Assembly (NCBI GenBank): GCA_951406725.2
Contig: OX597818.1
Coordinates: 130,572,001 to 130,636,000, forward strand
Source: Octopus vulgaris
Taxonomy: Eukaryota
DNA length: 64,000 nt
Direction of reading: 5' to 3'
Positions 11,725 through 25,286 of this stretch are shown here, in pieces; positions within the stretch are counted from its first letter, which is position 1; each line of letters begins with the position of its first letter. Made by a program: the position numbers and the translations under genes. Under the pieces are notes generated by a model. That model was not told the origin of the DNA. It did not search any database and worked only from the letters and a program-made list of their open reading frames with translations.

Positions 11725-12290
11725 CAGCTCTCTCTCTCTCTCTCTGTCTCTGTCTGTCTCTCTTTCTCCCTCCTTCTCTCTCTCTGTCTCTCTTTCTCCC
11801 TCCTTCTCTGTCTCTGTCTGTCTCTCTTTCTTCCTCCTTCTCTCTCTCTATCTCTCTTTCTCCCTCCTTCTCTGTCTCTCTCTCTCTCTGTCTCTCTTTC
11901 TCCCTCCTTCTCTCTCTCTGTCTCTCTTTCTCCCTCCTTCTCTCTCTCTGTCTCTGTCTGTCTCTCTTTCTCCCTCCTTCTCTCTCTCTCTTTCTCTCCC
12001 TTTTTCTCTTTCTCCCTCCTTCTCTCTGTCTCTGTCTCTGTCTGTCTCTCTTTCTTCCTCCTTCTCTCTCTCTCTTTCTCTCCTTTTTTCTCTTTCTCTC
12101 TCCTTCTCTTTCTCCTCTCTCTCCCTCCTCTCCGTCCCTTCCTCTTCTCACTCTCTCTTCCTCCACTTACTATCTCTTCGTCCTTCACTCTCTTTCAATC
12201 TTCCTTCTCCTCTTTCTCCTTCACACTCTCTCTCCTTTACTCTCTCTCCCTCCTTCTCTATCTCTCTTCCTCCTTCTCCCCTCTCTCTCA
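11725..12290. repeat. CT-rich minisatellite (ctctttctccctccttctctct units)
   Basis: Direct reading. Confidence 0.9.
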
Positions 12291-12363
12291 TTCAAACTTT
12301 CATATCTCGGTTGTTCTGCTTGCCCAAGAGCTGAAAGGGGTGTCTATATCTACTTGCAATCTA

Positions 12364-12592
12364 AGGGCGGCGAGCTGGCAGAAACGTTAGCACGCCGGGC
12401 GAAATGCGTAACCGTATTTCGTCTGCCGCTACGTTCTGAGTTCAAATTCCGCCAAGGTCGACTTTGGCTTTCATCCTTTCAGGGTCGATAAATTAAGTAC
12501 CAGTTACGCCCTGGAGTCGATATAATCGACATAATCCGTCTGTCCTTGTTTGTCCCCTCTGTGTTTAGCCCCTTGTGGGTAGTAAAGAAACA
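12364..12592 (+). mobile_element. SINE family B
   Basis: Full length; near-identical flanks tatatctacttgcaa / tatacctacttgcaa. Confidence 0.92.
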
Positions 12593-13634
12593 TATACCTA
12601 CTTGCAACTGCATAAGCACCTCAAACAAAGAACCTTGAACCTGTCGACATATGAACTAAATCCAGCTTCATTATCCAAGATGTTAGCTTTGAGTCCAACA
12701 TCACAATTTTATGCATGGGGCATCCTGCCATAGAAACCATACCAAAGCAGTCATTGAGCAACAGCACAGTTCCTTGGCTCACTGGCTCTTGTTGAATCAT
12801 CTAACTCATGCCAGCATGGAAAATAGAGACTGAATTGGTTATAGCGATATAGTGATTTTAAGCAATGTACCAGCCAAGGTTCTGTAAAGAGACACATATG
12901 CAAAGGCATATGGATGTATGTGTGCATATACACATATGCAGCTTTGAGCCTGCATTTGTCCTCATCTCTATCATCATCATCTTCCCTATAGCATAGAATA
13001 ATTTAAAATGTTATGTATGTATTAAAATCGTGTGTGTATTTCGTATACATTCGATCCTTCTTCCTAGAAATCTAATGCTCGTAGCTTAGTTTTTCTAATG
13101 CTCGTAGCTTAGTTTTTCCTTGGGGCTGGCTGGATCGGAGCGATCTCAAGATTGATCAGCCGAAATTGCTACGATGATCTGGTTCTTGACTGAAGATTGA
13201 GGGCTTCGAATGTCCCGTCCGTGTTTTTTGCATCGTCTTCTAAGTGTTTTGCGTTCTTGTTCCAGTTTGTATTTTTCTCTCTCTATATATATATATACAC
13301 ACATGTATATATATACACACACATGTTGGCGGAGTGGTTGGCGTTAGGAAGGGCATCCAGCTGTAGAAACACTGCCAGATCAGACTGGGCCTGATGCAGC
13401 CTTCTGGCTTCACAGACCCCAGTTGAACCGTCCAACCCATGCTAGCATGGAAAGCGGACGCTAAATGATGATGATGATGATGATGATGATATATATATAT
13501 ATATATATATGTATGTATATACATACATGTATGTATACATGCGTATGTGTGTGCTGTGTCTTCAGGTATAATTTATGTAATACGTTCATGTGTTTTTGAA
13601 GACACATATACACACTTATATATGGATACAAATA

Positions 13635-13666
<32 letters not shown>

Positions 13667-13901
13667 CACATACACACATGTACATGGTCTGCAAATATGT
13701 GTATAAGTACATGTACTTGTATGCATGCTTGCATATATATATATATTTATATGTATATATATATGTATATATGTATGTATGTATATATATATATACACAC
13801 ATACACATATATATATACACACACATGTACATGGTCTGCAAATATGTATATATGTACATGTGCTTGTATGCATGCTTGCATATATGTATATATATATACA
13901 T

Positions 13902-13947
<46 letters not shown>

Positions 13948-14339
13948 GTGTGTGTGTGTGTGTGCATGTGCGTGCGTGCATACATGTGCATATGAAAGCA
14001 ACGAAAGCATATGTATGTATTCAACCGTCATACGCATACAGAGAAAGAGAGACAGCGTGAGGCTTGTATACAACTCCACGAGGGTGTTTAACCATGTCAG
14101 TAGGCAGAATACCATATAAAGACAGCTGGAAATGACACAACCCCCAGCAGGGATTCTAAATGGTGGACACTTTCTTGCTTTTATCCTCCTTACATGTTTA
14201 TTTGCTTCTTTATTCGTTGTTGTTGTTTTTGTATTTATTGTTTTATTCTTTTCATCTTTTATACCTTGACTCCTTTCCTCTTAGTTTTTCTCTTTTTCGC
14301 ATCCTTCTGCCCTCTTCCGTCCATACTTCATCTCTCTTT

Positions 14340-14648
14340 CTCACTCTCTCTCTCTAGTTATCTATGTATCATTTTGTCTTACGCCAGTCTCTCTTTCTCT
14401 CTCTTACTCTTAGTTATCTCTCTCTCTCACTTCAGTTATCTGTGTATCTTTTTTTCTTACCCCAGTCTCTCTCTCTCTCTGTTACTTTAGTTATCTCTCT
14501 CTCTCTCTCTCTCTCTCTGTTACTTTAGTTATCTCTCTCTCTCTCTCTCTCTCTGTTACTTTAGTTATCTCTCTCTCTCTCTCTGTTACTTTAGTTATCT
14601 CTCTCTCTCTCACACACTTTAGTTATCTATGTATTATGTGTCTTACAC

Positions 14649-14690
<42 letters not shown>

Positions 14691-14986
14691 CTCTCTCTCT
14701 TACTATCTTACTCTAGTTATCTCTCTGTCTCTCTCTCTCTCTTTTTGTTACTCTAGTTATCTATGAATCTTTTTTGTCTTACACTTGTTTCTCTCTTTCT
14801 CTCTCTGTTTCTCTCTCCCTCTCTCTATCCCTCCCTCCTTCCCCTTCTCTCTCTGTTACTATCAATGCTTCTTTTTTCTCTCTTTACTCTTCCTATACCT
14901 CCTCTCTCTCTATTTTTAACGTCTCACTTTCTACTCTCTTCTCTCATTATCTATGCATCTTTCTCTCTTTTGTCACTGTTTCTCTT

Positions 14987-15032
<46 letters not shown>

Positions 15033-15800
15033 TTCCTCTCACAATCTTTACTCTCTCTACCTATCTCTCTCTCTACTTAACCACTCAGTCATACACACCT
15101 CTCTCTCTCTCTCCCTGCTCACTCTCTTCCTATTCTTGTCTTTTTCTCACTCTCCATGTATCTTTCTCTCTTATATAACTGTCTGTATGTCTCTCTCTCT
15201 CTCTCTCTCTTTCTCTTACTCATTCATCCTCTCTTTTACCTTTCCCTCTACTCCTCTCTCTTTCACCTCTTCTCTTTCTGTCTATGAATGCTTTTTTACT
15301 CTTATACAACTTTTACTTACTCTCTTTCTCTCCCCCTCTCTCTTCTTTCTTATACTTACTCTTTCTCTCTCTCCCCCTCTCTCTTCTTTCTTATACTTAC
15401 TCTTTCTCTCTCTCCCCCTCTCTCTTCTTTCTTATACTTACTCTTTCTCTCTCCTCCCCTCTCTCTTCTTTCTTATACTTACTCTTTCTCTCTCCTCTCC
15501 CTCTCTCTTCTTTCTTATACTTACCCCTTCTCTCTTGCATTATACATTGCCATTATTGTCTCACATTCCCATTACTCTCTATCATTACTGCCTCTTCCTT
15601 TCTCTCTCTCTCCTTCCTTACTCTTTCTTTCTCTCTTAATCTCCCCTTTCTTACACTTACATTTTCTCTCTGTCTCTGTCTTTCTCTCTCCCTCTCTCCC
15701 TCTCTTTCTCTCCCTCTCTCCCTCTCTCTCACAGACATTTCTCCGAACACTCCTTTTCTGACATTACTATATAATTCATTACCATTTTCTCTCTCACAGG
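14340..15800. repeat. CT-rich compound minisatellites (gttactttagttatctct and ttcttatacttactcttt units)
   Basis: Direct reading. Confidence 0.85.
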
Positions 15801-16595
15801 GAAACAAATGGGAGGCATGGTCATGGATGGAATGACTTTAATCAAAAGTCTGTTTGATCAGGACTGACCTGCAGCTTAACAGCAGCAGTATCAACAACCT
15901 ATTTCTCCTTTATTCTCTCTCTCTCTCTCTCTCACTCAACACACACATACACGCACAAGAACATATACACACATATACATACACATACACATATCCGCAT
16001 CTACACACAAACATACTCACATGCACATGTACATACACACATATACAAATGCACACAATCACTTATACACACATGCATATACACACAAACACATATACAC
16101 GCACACATACACATACATGCACAAACATGTATACATGCACACATATACATACACACACACACATACACATACATACACAAACATGTATACATGCACACAT
16201 ATACATACACACCTAAACACATATGCACACACATATGCCAATACATAAGCACACACACACACAAATGCACACAAATACATATACATGCACAAACACATAG
16301 ACACATATACAAACATACATATACATACACACACAAACACATATACACTTGCATATAAACATATATATTTCAAATGGATCTACTATTGATTTCCATATTG
16401 CATATTCATTCGTTTGATCAACTGGATGACCTACTCTGTAAATTGATATTTGAAGTGTCTGAGTATTCCACAGGCATGTGTACTCTTAGTTTGATTGACA
16501 GGGAGGAATGAGCATTACAGGACATGCGATAAGACTGGAGCCTTACATTACTGGTATGAATCATCTGACAGGGTGCCAAGAAGGCTGCACCCAAC

Positions 16596-16815
16596 CAGTG
16601 GCATAGATAAAGTGTGTGCCACTTGGGGGGGTAGCCCATGTGTGTGCCATGCCACTCCCTGCCACCCAACCTTGGTATGATACAACCTATGCAGGCTTAT
16701 ACAGCAGATCCAGAAACGCTGCCCTATAAAAGCGTCACCTGGGGGCAAACTACCCCCGCCACCACCACCAGCACCAGCACCACCATCACCTTGTCCCTCA
16801 CTAGCTATGCTACTA
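16596..16815. mobile_element. Decayed hAT-like MITE
   Basis: Ends cagtggcatag / ctatgctacta; flanks cacccaac / cacccccc. Confidence 0.5.
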
Positions 16816-17110
16816 CACCCCCCCCGCCACACACACACTGCTAACCACTTTTACTTATGAGGTATGGGTTGGTTCCAAGCTGTAGGGAAAGACCCTTGCT
16901 TTAGATGCCATGCAGCAAGATCAAACTTGGGAACTTCACGGAGAGGAAGGAAGGAAGGATAAAAGAGAGAAAGTAAAAGAAAAAAGGGGGAAAAAAGAAA
17001 GAACAAAGGGAAAGAGGTGACAAATTACTAATGAGTGAAAAGAAGAAGAGAGAAAGAGAGAGAGAAAAAGAGAGAGAGAGAGAGAGTAAGACAGACAGAA
17101 AAGATGAAGA

Positions 17111-17281
17111 AGGCGCAGGAGTGACTGTGTGGTAAGTAGCTTGCTAACCAACCACATGGTTCCGGGTTCAGTCCCACTGCGTGGCACATTGGGCAAGTGT
17201 CTTCTGCTATAGCCCCAGGCCGACCAATGCCTTGTGAGTGGATTTGGTAGACGGAAACTGAAAGAAGCCTGTCGTATATAT

Positions 17282-17315
<34 letters not shown>

Positions 17316-17540
17316 TTGTTTGTGTGTCTGTGTTTGTCCCCCTAGCATTGCTTGACAATCGATGCTGGTGTGTTTATGTCCCCATTACTTAGTGGTTTGG
17401 CAAAAGAGACCGATAGAATAAGTACTGGGCTTACAAAAAGAATAAGTTCCGGGGTCGAGTTGTTCGATTAAAGGCGGTGCTCCAGCATGGCCGCAGTCAA
17501 ATGACTGAAACAAGTAAAAGAGTAAAAGAGTAAGAGTAAG
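17111..17540 (+). mobile_element. SINE family A, full length
   Basis: Family A match. Confidence 0.95.
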
Positions 17541-17544
17541 TAGG

Positions 17545-18225
17545 AATGGTAATGTTTATCTCTACTTAAACATGAATGTTTTGTTAGAAGAAACTTTACT
17601 GAGGTAGATATAAGAGAAACTCTAATAGGTTTTGATGTAAAATGCACCCTTGTTTATATTGCTAGCAGGGGAGATAAATCTCTGCCGTCTCTAGCACTGA
17701 AATCACTAGATTATGTGATTTCAACCTCCCTTGGTCTTGTCAATGTTGGACACTCGACTGCAAAAGATAGAAGCAGACTCATCTTCCTGCCAGCAATATA
17801 TAGAAAACCAGTGCCAGAACAGCTGTTAGTGTCATGATTAGCCAGTGAGCTTGTTAAGAATAGATGTATATTAGCAACCGAGGCAAAATTAATAATAAAA
17901 GGTAATAGTTATCCCCACTTAAACATGGATGTTCTGTTAGAACAAACTATACTGTGGTAGATACCATGAGAAAAACTCTCATATTGGCTTTTGGTGCAAA
18001 ACGCACTCTTGTTTATACTGCTAGTGGGGAGTTAAATCACTGCAATCTCCAGCGCAGAGACCACCAGATCACATGATTTCAACCATCTTGCTCCTGTCAG
18101 TGATGGACGCTTGACTGCAAGAGATAGCAGCAAGTCATCTTCCTTCCAGCGATATATAGAAAATCAGCACCAGTGAGCTTGATAAGAAAAGATATATATT
18201 AGCAACCAAGGCAAAATTAATGCCA
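17545..18225. repeat. Diverged tandem pair of a ~330-355 bp unclassified repeat; partial third copy at 29025-29168
   Basis: cttaaacatg.atgtt.tgttagaa and ttagcaacc.aggcaaaattaat each occur twice. Confidence 0.8.
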
Positions 18226-18509
18226 GGAGGTGATATCTACTGTGGATGTTAAGTGGATGTTAAGTAAGGAATTTTAAGAAGTCAACAGGCATGGCTGTGT
18301 GGATAAACGGCTCACTTTGGAACTATATAATTTAGGGCTCAGTTCTACCACATGGCACCTTGGGCAAGTGCTTTATACTATTGTCCTGGGTTGACCAATG
18401 TCTTGTGGGTAAATTTGATAGATGGAAACTGTGTGGAAGCCCATCATGTGTCTAAATATCATCATCATCGTTTAGCGTCCGTTTTCCATGCTAGCATGGG
18501 TTGGACGGT

Positions 18510-18562
<53 letters not shown>

Positions 18563-18766
18563 AAAAAAGGAGATGTGGAACACGAGTTGTGATATATAAA
18601 AAAAGGAAATGAAGAAAATGCTGACAAAATAATTTAAGTAAGGGAGAGTGTATTTAATTAGGTGAAAGTTCTTTTTACCGGTTGCGCATTTGTTATGCTT
18701 ATCAAAAGATATTTTTTTAAGAGAGATAGAGTTCCTTTCTGATAGATTTTTTTCTCTTATCTCCGT

Positions 18767-18810
<44 letters not shown>

Positions 18811-19854
18811 CATCATCATCATCATTTAACATCCATGTTTCATGTTAGCATGGGTTAATGAGTTAGATGATGTGACAAGGATCCAATGAATTGTAGGACT
18901 GCATTGTACTATAGTATCTGCTTTGTCATGGTTTCAAGGGTTTTATGCCCTTGCTAATGCCAACCACTTAACAATGTATATATGTCATCATCCTCATCCT
19001 CATCATCATCATCATCATTTAATGTCTGGTTTCCATGTTGGCATTGGTCAGATGGCTTGACAGTAGCTGGAAAGACCAGGGGTCACACCAAGGCCCACAA
19101 TCTGTTTTGCCTTGGTTTCTACAGCTGGATGCCCCTCCCAATGCCAAACACTTTACCGAATGCACTGGGTGCCTTTAACGTGGCACCACCACCAGTACTT
19201 TTTATGTAGCATCAGTGCTGTTTTTATGTGGCACCTGCACCACCACCACCACCAATGCTTTTTATGAGGCACTTTGGTTTTTGGATATCAATTCTGTTTT
19301 GGTGGGTGGGTCTTCTTGTGTACAGAAATGCACTACACATCATGGTTCTCTGTCATCTCCTTTGTAAGGCTCAGTGCTTTCAGATAAGCCCCTTCAGTAT
19401 TTCATCCCATGGCTTTCTGAGTCTCCTTTTACCACAACTTCTTTCCCTTTCAGAGATCGGCACTTGTTTATACAAGTCTATTGTTTTTTTTGATTCCAGC
19501 ACTTTTCTCCCTTTCTTTTTCTTTTTTCTTTCTTTTTAATTCCTTCCTCCCTTTCTTCTTCTCTTTCTTCGTTTTTCTTTCCTATCTTTCTTTTTTTCTC
19601 TTCTTCCTTTCTCTTTCTTGCTTCTTACCGCCCTTCTCATTATGCTAATGAATTCTCTTTCTCTCTTTCTTTCTTAGCCCCTTTAATCATCTTTCATTCC
19701 TTTCCCCTTAATTTCTTTTATGCCTTTCATTCATTCTTTCATTCAAACTTTCTTTCTTTCTTTCTTTTCATTATTGCTATCTTTCATTTAAACTTTCTTT
19801 TTTTCCCATTAGATCTTTCATTTATTCATGTATTTCTTCAATTTTTATCTTCAA

Positions 19855-21060
19855 CCCCAAACCATGTGAAACGAATATTTTTATTTAACCAAATGGTACC
19901 AAAAACGAATATTTTAATTTAAATAACTCAGACCAAATTACAAAGCATTGCCAAATTTTATCAAACAATTATTTTTCTCTAATAATACCAAACCAAATTT
20001 AAATTTAACTAAATCATACCAAACCACAAAATCCATGCCAAACAGATATTTTAATTGAACCAAACCATACTAAATCAACAAAACCAAACCGTACCAAACC
20101 ACAAACCATACCAAATTACAAAACCCTTATCAAATGGATATTTTGATTTAACCAAACCATACTAAATCACAAAATCATACTGACTAATACCAAATGAATT
20201 TTTTTATCTAACCAAGACTACCAAACTGTATCAAACAAAAAATTTCAATTTAATCAAACCATACCCAATTACAAAGACATCAAATAGAATTTAATTTAAC
20301 CAAACAATACTGAATCATCATCATCATTTAATGTCCATCTTCCATGCTGGCATGGGTTGGATGAATTTTTCAATTTCACCAAACCACACCAAATGAATAT
20401 TCAATTTAACCAAACCATACCAAATTTCCGAATACAAACCAAATGAACATTTTAATTTAAGTAAATCTTATCAAATCACAAACCATACCAAATCACAAAT
20501 TCCATACAAAAGGAATATTTTGATTTAACCAAACCATACCAAATATTTTTTTTCAATTTCACCAAACCATACTGAATGAATATTTAATTTAACCAAACCA
20601 TACCATACCAAATTACAAAACTATAATAAACAATACCAAAAAAATATTTTTATTTAACCAAAACCTTACCAAACAAAAAATTTCAATAATATCAAACTTT
20701 ACCCAACCACAGAGTCATACCAAATAGATATTCTAATTTAACCAAACCATACCATACCAAATAGATTTTTCAACTTCACCAAAACCATACTAAAGCACAA
20801 AATCATATTAAAGGAAAATTTCAGTTTAACCAAGCCATACCAAATGGATATTTTAATTTAACTAAACCATACCAAATCACAAAACCGAATGAATATTACC
20901 AAATCATTAAGCCATACTAAATAGATATTTTGATTAAACCAAACCATACCAAAATGAATATGTTAATTTAACCAAACCATTTTGAATCACAAACAATTTA
21001 ACCAAACCATTTTGAATCACGGAATGAAAATTCCAATTTAGCCAAAGTTTACTAAATTAC
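19855..21060. repeat. Degenerate AT-rich satellite built on tttaatttaaccaaaccataccaaat
   Basis: Motif recurs many times with variable spacing. Confidence 0.85.
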
Positions 21061-21733
21061 AACACTACACTAAGCTGAAACTCAGCACCACTCCTTTTAA
21101 AAACAACAGAATTCCAAGTTTAACGAATTTTACCAAAGCAAAGTAGACGAAAGTGAAAGTACAAAACATAAAAACAAGAAAAAAATAAAATTCAAAGAAA
21201 TAAAAGTTGTGAGTGAACAATGAAGTGTACAACTGTTGAAATGTGCATTCTTTCTTTATGTCACCTCCTGGAGGCTGCTGTGCTTTTACTGATTACAGCC
21301 ATAGCCATGCTTGTATTGCCTCATTGATAAGGCCAGTTAAAGTAAAAGGGGCCCTCGGAGAATTAAGTTGAATCCAACTATCCCTCCTCATCCTTACCCC
21401 CTTTTACTGCTTGTGCAGTTTTTGTTTTTTTAGTTTTGTAACATTAATTCCACATAAAGGCGAGAGAGAGAGAGAGGATAAGAGAGAGAGAGAGGGGTGA
21501 GAGGAAGAGAGAGTGAGAGAGAAGAGGGAGATAGAATGAGGAGAGAGTGAGGGAAGGAGAGAGAGAGAATAATGAAACTGAGAAAGTGATACACAAAGAG
21601 GGATAGAAACATACAAATACATGTGTGCATGTTTATATATATGCATGTATGTGTTTGTGTGTGTATATATATATGTATATATATATATATATATCATATG
21701 TAATATATAAATATATAATGTATGCATGTGCAC

Positions 21734-21778
<45 letters not shown>

Positions 21779-21801
21779 CGTATATATATATATACATATA
21801 C

Positions 21802-21884
<83 letters not shown>

Positions 21885-22184
21885 TGTGTGCCTGTGAAAG
21901 TATGCATGTATGTGTGCATGCATGTGTATGTATGTATGTATGTATCAGGGTGTATATAGACATATGTGTGTGTGTAAATAGAAGAACGAGTGAGGAAAAG
22001 AGAGAAATAAAGAGAGGTGAGGTGGAGGAATGAGAGAAGTAGAAATAAAGAAGCAAACTGAACAGCAAGAAGACAGCAGAAGAGAAAAGTTAAACCCAAA
22101 AAGCAAAAGTTATTGGAAGGAGATGGAAAATGGTGAAAGGGAGAAAATGTTTTGGGAAGGAAAAAGGATTGGGGGAAAGAAAAG

Positions 22185-22581
22185 GAAGGAAGAGAGAATA
22201 GCTGAGAGTGAGAGGGAGAGAGGGAGTGGGAGAGAGAAGAGAGAGAGAAGAGAGAGAGAGAGGAGGGGAGAAACAGCGAGTAGAATATTATAGAGAGTAT
22301 GAGAAGATAGAGGAAGAAAATCAAAGATGATTTGAGAGATGAAAGAAAGAGGCAAGAAGAAAGATAAAGAGAGAGAGAGAGAGAGAGAGAGAGTGTAAGA
22401 AAGAAAGAGAAAGTCAAAGGAAGGAGGAGAGAATAGCTGAGAGTGAGAGAAAGAGAGGGAAAGAGAGAGAGAGAGAGAGGAGGGGGAGAAACAGGGAGTA
22501 GAATATTATAGAGAGTATGAGAAGTTAGAGGAAGAAAATCAAAGATGATTTGAGAGATGAAAGAAAGGCAAGAAGAAAGAT

Positions 22582-22625
<44 letters not shown>

Positions 22626-22798
22626 TGTGTGTAAGAAAGAAAGAGAAAGTCAAAGGAAGGAGGAGAGAATAGCTGAGAGTGAGAGAAAGAGAGGGAAAGA
22701 GAGAGAGTATTATAGAGAGTATGAGAAGATAGAGGAAGAAAATCAAAGATGATTTGAGAGATGAAAGAAAAGCAAGAAGAAAGATAAAGTGAGAGAGG

Positions 22799-22831
<33 letters not shown>

Positions 22832-22860
22832 TGTAAGAAAGAAAGAGAAAGTGAAAGGAG
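22185..22860. repeat. GA-rich tandem repeat, three units of roughly 200-240 bp
   Basis: aaaatcaaagatgatttgagagatgaaag at about 22317, 22535, 22739. Confidence 0.85.
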
Positions 22861-22904
22861 ATAGGAGATGAAAGGAAAAATATATAAAATAGAAATTATT
22901 TGAG

Positions 22905-23300
22905 TGATTGTTGTTGTAGTTATTTGTTCAAGGTCAGCCCTGATTAAAGGGAATCTGATTATGATTGAGCAGACTTATGAAAGGTGTTCTAGTTGTGACT
23001 CAGGTGTTCTAATCATGACTGAGTAGACTTATGACGAAAGGTGTCATACAGCCATGACTATTCTGTTCTGTTTTTTTAGAATTATTTTTTATTCCATATT
23101 AGCCCTGACTGAGCAGACTTATGACTAAAGATATCCTACTCATTATTCTGTTTATATTTTAATCTTTTTTTTTTAATCGTTGGTCAACTCTGAACAAGGT
23201 GTTCCAGTTGTGATTCAGTAAACTTATGATTAAAGAAGTTGTAATCACGACTGAGCAGACTTATGACTGAAGGTGTCATATAGCCATGATTATTCTGATT
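22905..23300 (-). repeat. Tandemly amplified fragments of family F
   Basis: ga.tgagcagacttatga motif repeated about five times. Confidence 0.7.
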
Positions 23301-23543
23301 TTTACCTTTATGAATTTGTTTTGCAAGATTCCTGATGTGAAAACATGTGTTGAAACACGGTTCTATATTTAAGAGATGAAGAATTATGTACATTATTTAC
23401 ATGATTTACATTCGATGGATATTTGTCCTCATCTTGTTTATTGTTAACACAACAGCTTGGCTGATATACCCACCAGGCTTCATCAGGTGTCTTGGGGAAA
23501 TTTCGAACCTGGGTCCTCATTCCTAAGGTATTTTTCAATGTGG

Positions 23544-23581
<38 letters not shown>

Positions 23582-23583
<2 letters not shown>

Positions 23584-24280
23584 TTTTTTTTTCTTCTTTC
23601 AAATTTGCTTCCATTTCTTGCCAAGTGTCTTCCCGACTCCTAGGGCAAAGAAACTCATAGTATACAATGGTAGGCCATTAAACCAAACTCAGTAGTTCGT
23701 TCATTTTTTTTTTTTTTTTTTAAAGTTAAATTAAAATACATGAGCAGCAACAGTTCTCACATCGACAATGCTCTTCTCAATACGTGTGATGTACCAGTTA
23801 AGACAATCTTTTGCACTTCTTGCAGGGATGGTAAGCCAGGGATCATTCTCATATAATTTTCGGTTCCCTTCTTGATCATTCCTAGTGCTCCTACGATCAC
23901 TGGTATTGTAACCGCCTTGAGATGCCACATTTTCTCAATTTCAATGAGTAGGTCTTTATATTTTCTGAGCTTGTCAAACTCTTTCGCTGAGATATTATGA
24001 TCACAGGGAATGCTCATGTCGATCAATAAGCAAACTTTATTGTTTTGGTCTTTCACAACAATATCTGGTTTATTGGCCTTGATGGTTCGGTCTGTATGTA
24101 CTGGAAAGTCCCACAGAATTGTTACATTTTCTCCTTCAGTTACAGCCTCAGGGTGGTGATTATACCACTTGTTGGCAGTTTTGATATTGTAATGCCGACT
24201 TATTAGCCAGTGGAGATATTGGCCAACTCTGTCATGTCTTAATTTATACTCCACTGGTGCTAAGACTTTACATCCAGATA
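23582..24280 (-). mobile_element. 5'-truncated R4/Dong-like non-LTR retrotransposon (restriction-like endonuclease domain and 3' UTR) in (TAA)n
   Basis: ORF 23757-24254: SGC..LA...Y..RHD, WDFPVHTD, KPDIVV...LID...K..KY, IVGALG; (ATT)n on both flanks. Confidence 0.88.
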
Positions 24281-24332
24281 ATAATTATTATTATTATTAT
24301 TATCATCATTATTATTGTTATTATTATTATTA

Positions 24333-24415
<83 letters not shown>

Positions 24416-24894
24416 GTGCCTGTGGGCATATGGCATAGTGGTTAAGAGTGTGGGCTACTAACGCCAAGATTGCAAGTTTGATTCCAGACAGTGATCTGGT
24501 GATGGTGCCACATAAAAAGCACTGGTGCTGATGCCATGTAAAAAGCACTCAGTACATTCTGTAAAATGGTTGGCATTAGGAAGGACATTCAGGTGCAAAA
24601 ACAAAGCCAAAACAGACTATGGAGCCTAGTGTAGTTCCTGGTCTTGCCAGCTTCTGTCAAACCATCCGACCCATGCCTGCATGGAAAACGAATCTTAAAT
24701 GATGATGATGATAATGATGAAACTACTCTTTTGTGTTCTAATTGACAAAGAGGAAAGAAGGTCAAAAATTTCCTAATATTTTGGTGATGGTGGTGATGAT
24801 GATGGTAGTTGTAGTGGCAGTGATGGTGGTGGTGTTGAGGGTAATCCTTGTGTGCTGGTGTAGTTGGTGCTATGGTGGCGAGGTTAGTGTGAGG

Positions 24895-25105
24895 TGGGTG
24901 CTGCAAACTTCCTAGCTTTGAAAGTATTATGAAAGGCCTTGTCGGAGGCATAACCTTTTGAGTTCTTTTACAGGGCTTAGAAAAACTGAATGACTGCTGC
25001 AATAAGTGTGTGAATCTGAGAAGGGAATATGTTGAATAAAATCATAATTAACTGATCCTCCTGTATTTTATTTTACCAAAAGTCAGGATCTTCTCAGTGC
25101 CCCCT
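24895..25105 (+). mobile_element. Non-autonomous mariner-like element
   Basis: Retains C-terminal GLEKLNDCCNKCVNLRREYVE*; inverted ends; second copy at 25522. Confidence 0.75.
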
Positions 25106-25114
25106 ATATATACA

Positions 25115-25277
25115 CTGTATTTTAACGTGTATAAGGAATCCTTTTTTGTCAAAAGTTAGGTTAAAAAATATGCGAGTTTCTTACACATGATGTAAGTATC
25201 ATAATCCCTTACAAATCCTTTTTCCCAAATTTTAAGCCCCCAAAATTAGGGGTTTCCTTATACATGTTAAAATACAA
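25115..25277. mobile_element. Tc2/pogo-like MITE
   Basis: TIRs tgtattttaacgtgtataaggaa / ttccttatacatgttaaaataca. Confidence 0.7.
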
Positions 25278-25286
25278 TAAATATAC

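Noticed and set aside
11634-12491. Longest ORF (285 aa)
   Set aside because: CT minisatellite flanked by SINE sequence; Leu/Ser low complexity only
23331-23360. Plus-strand ctgatgtg...gaaac hammerhead
   Set aside because: Core mismatch and no stem I or UH site
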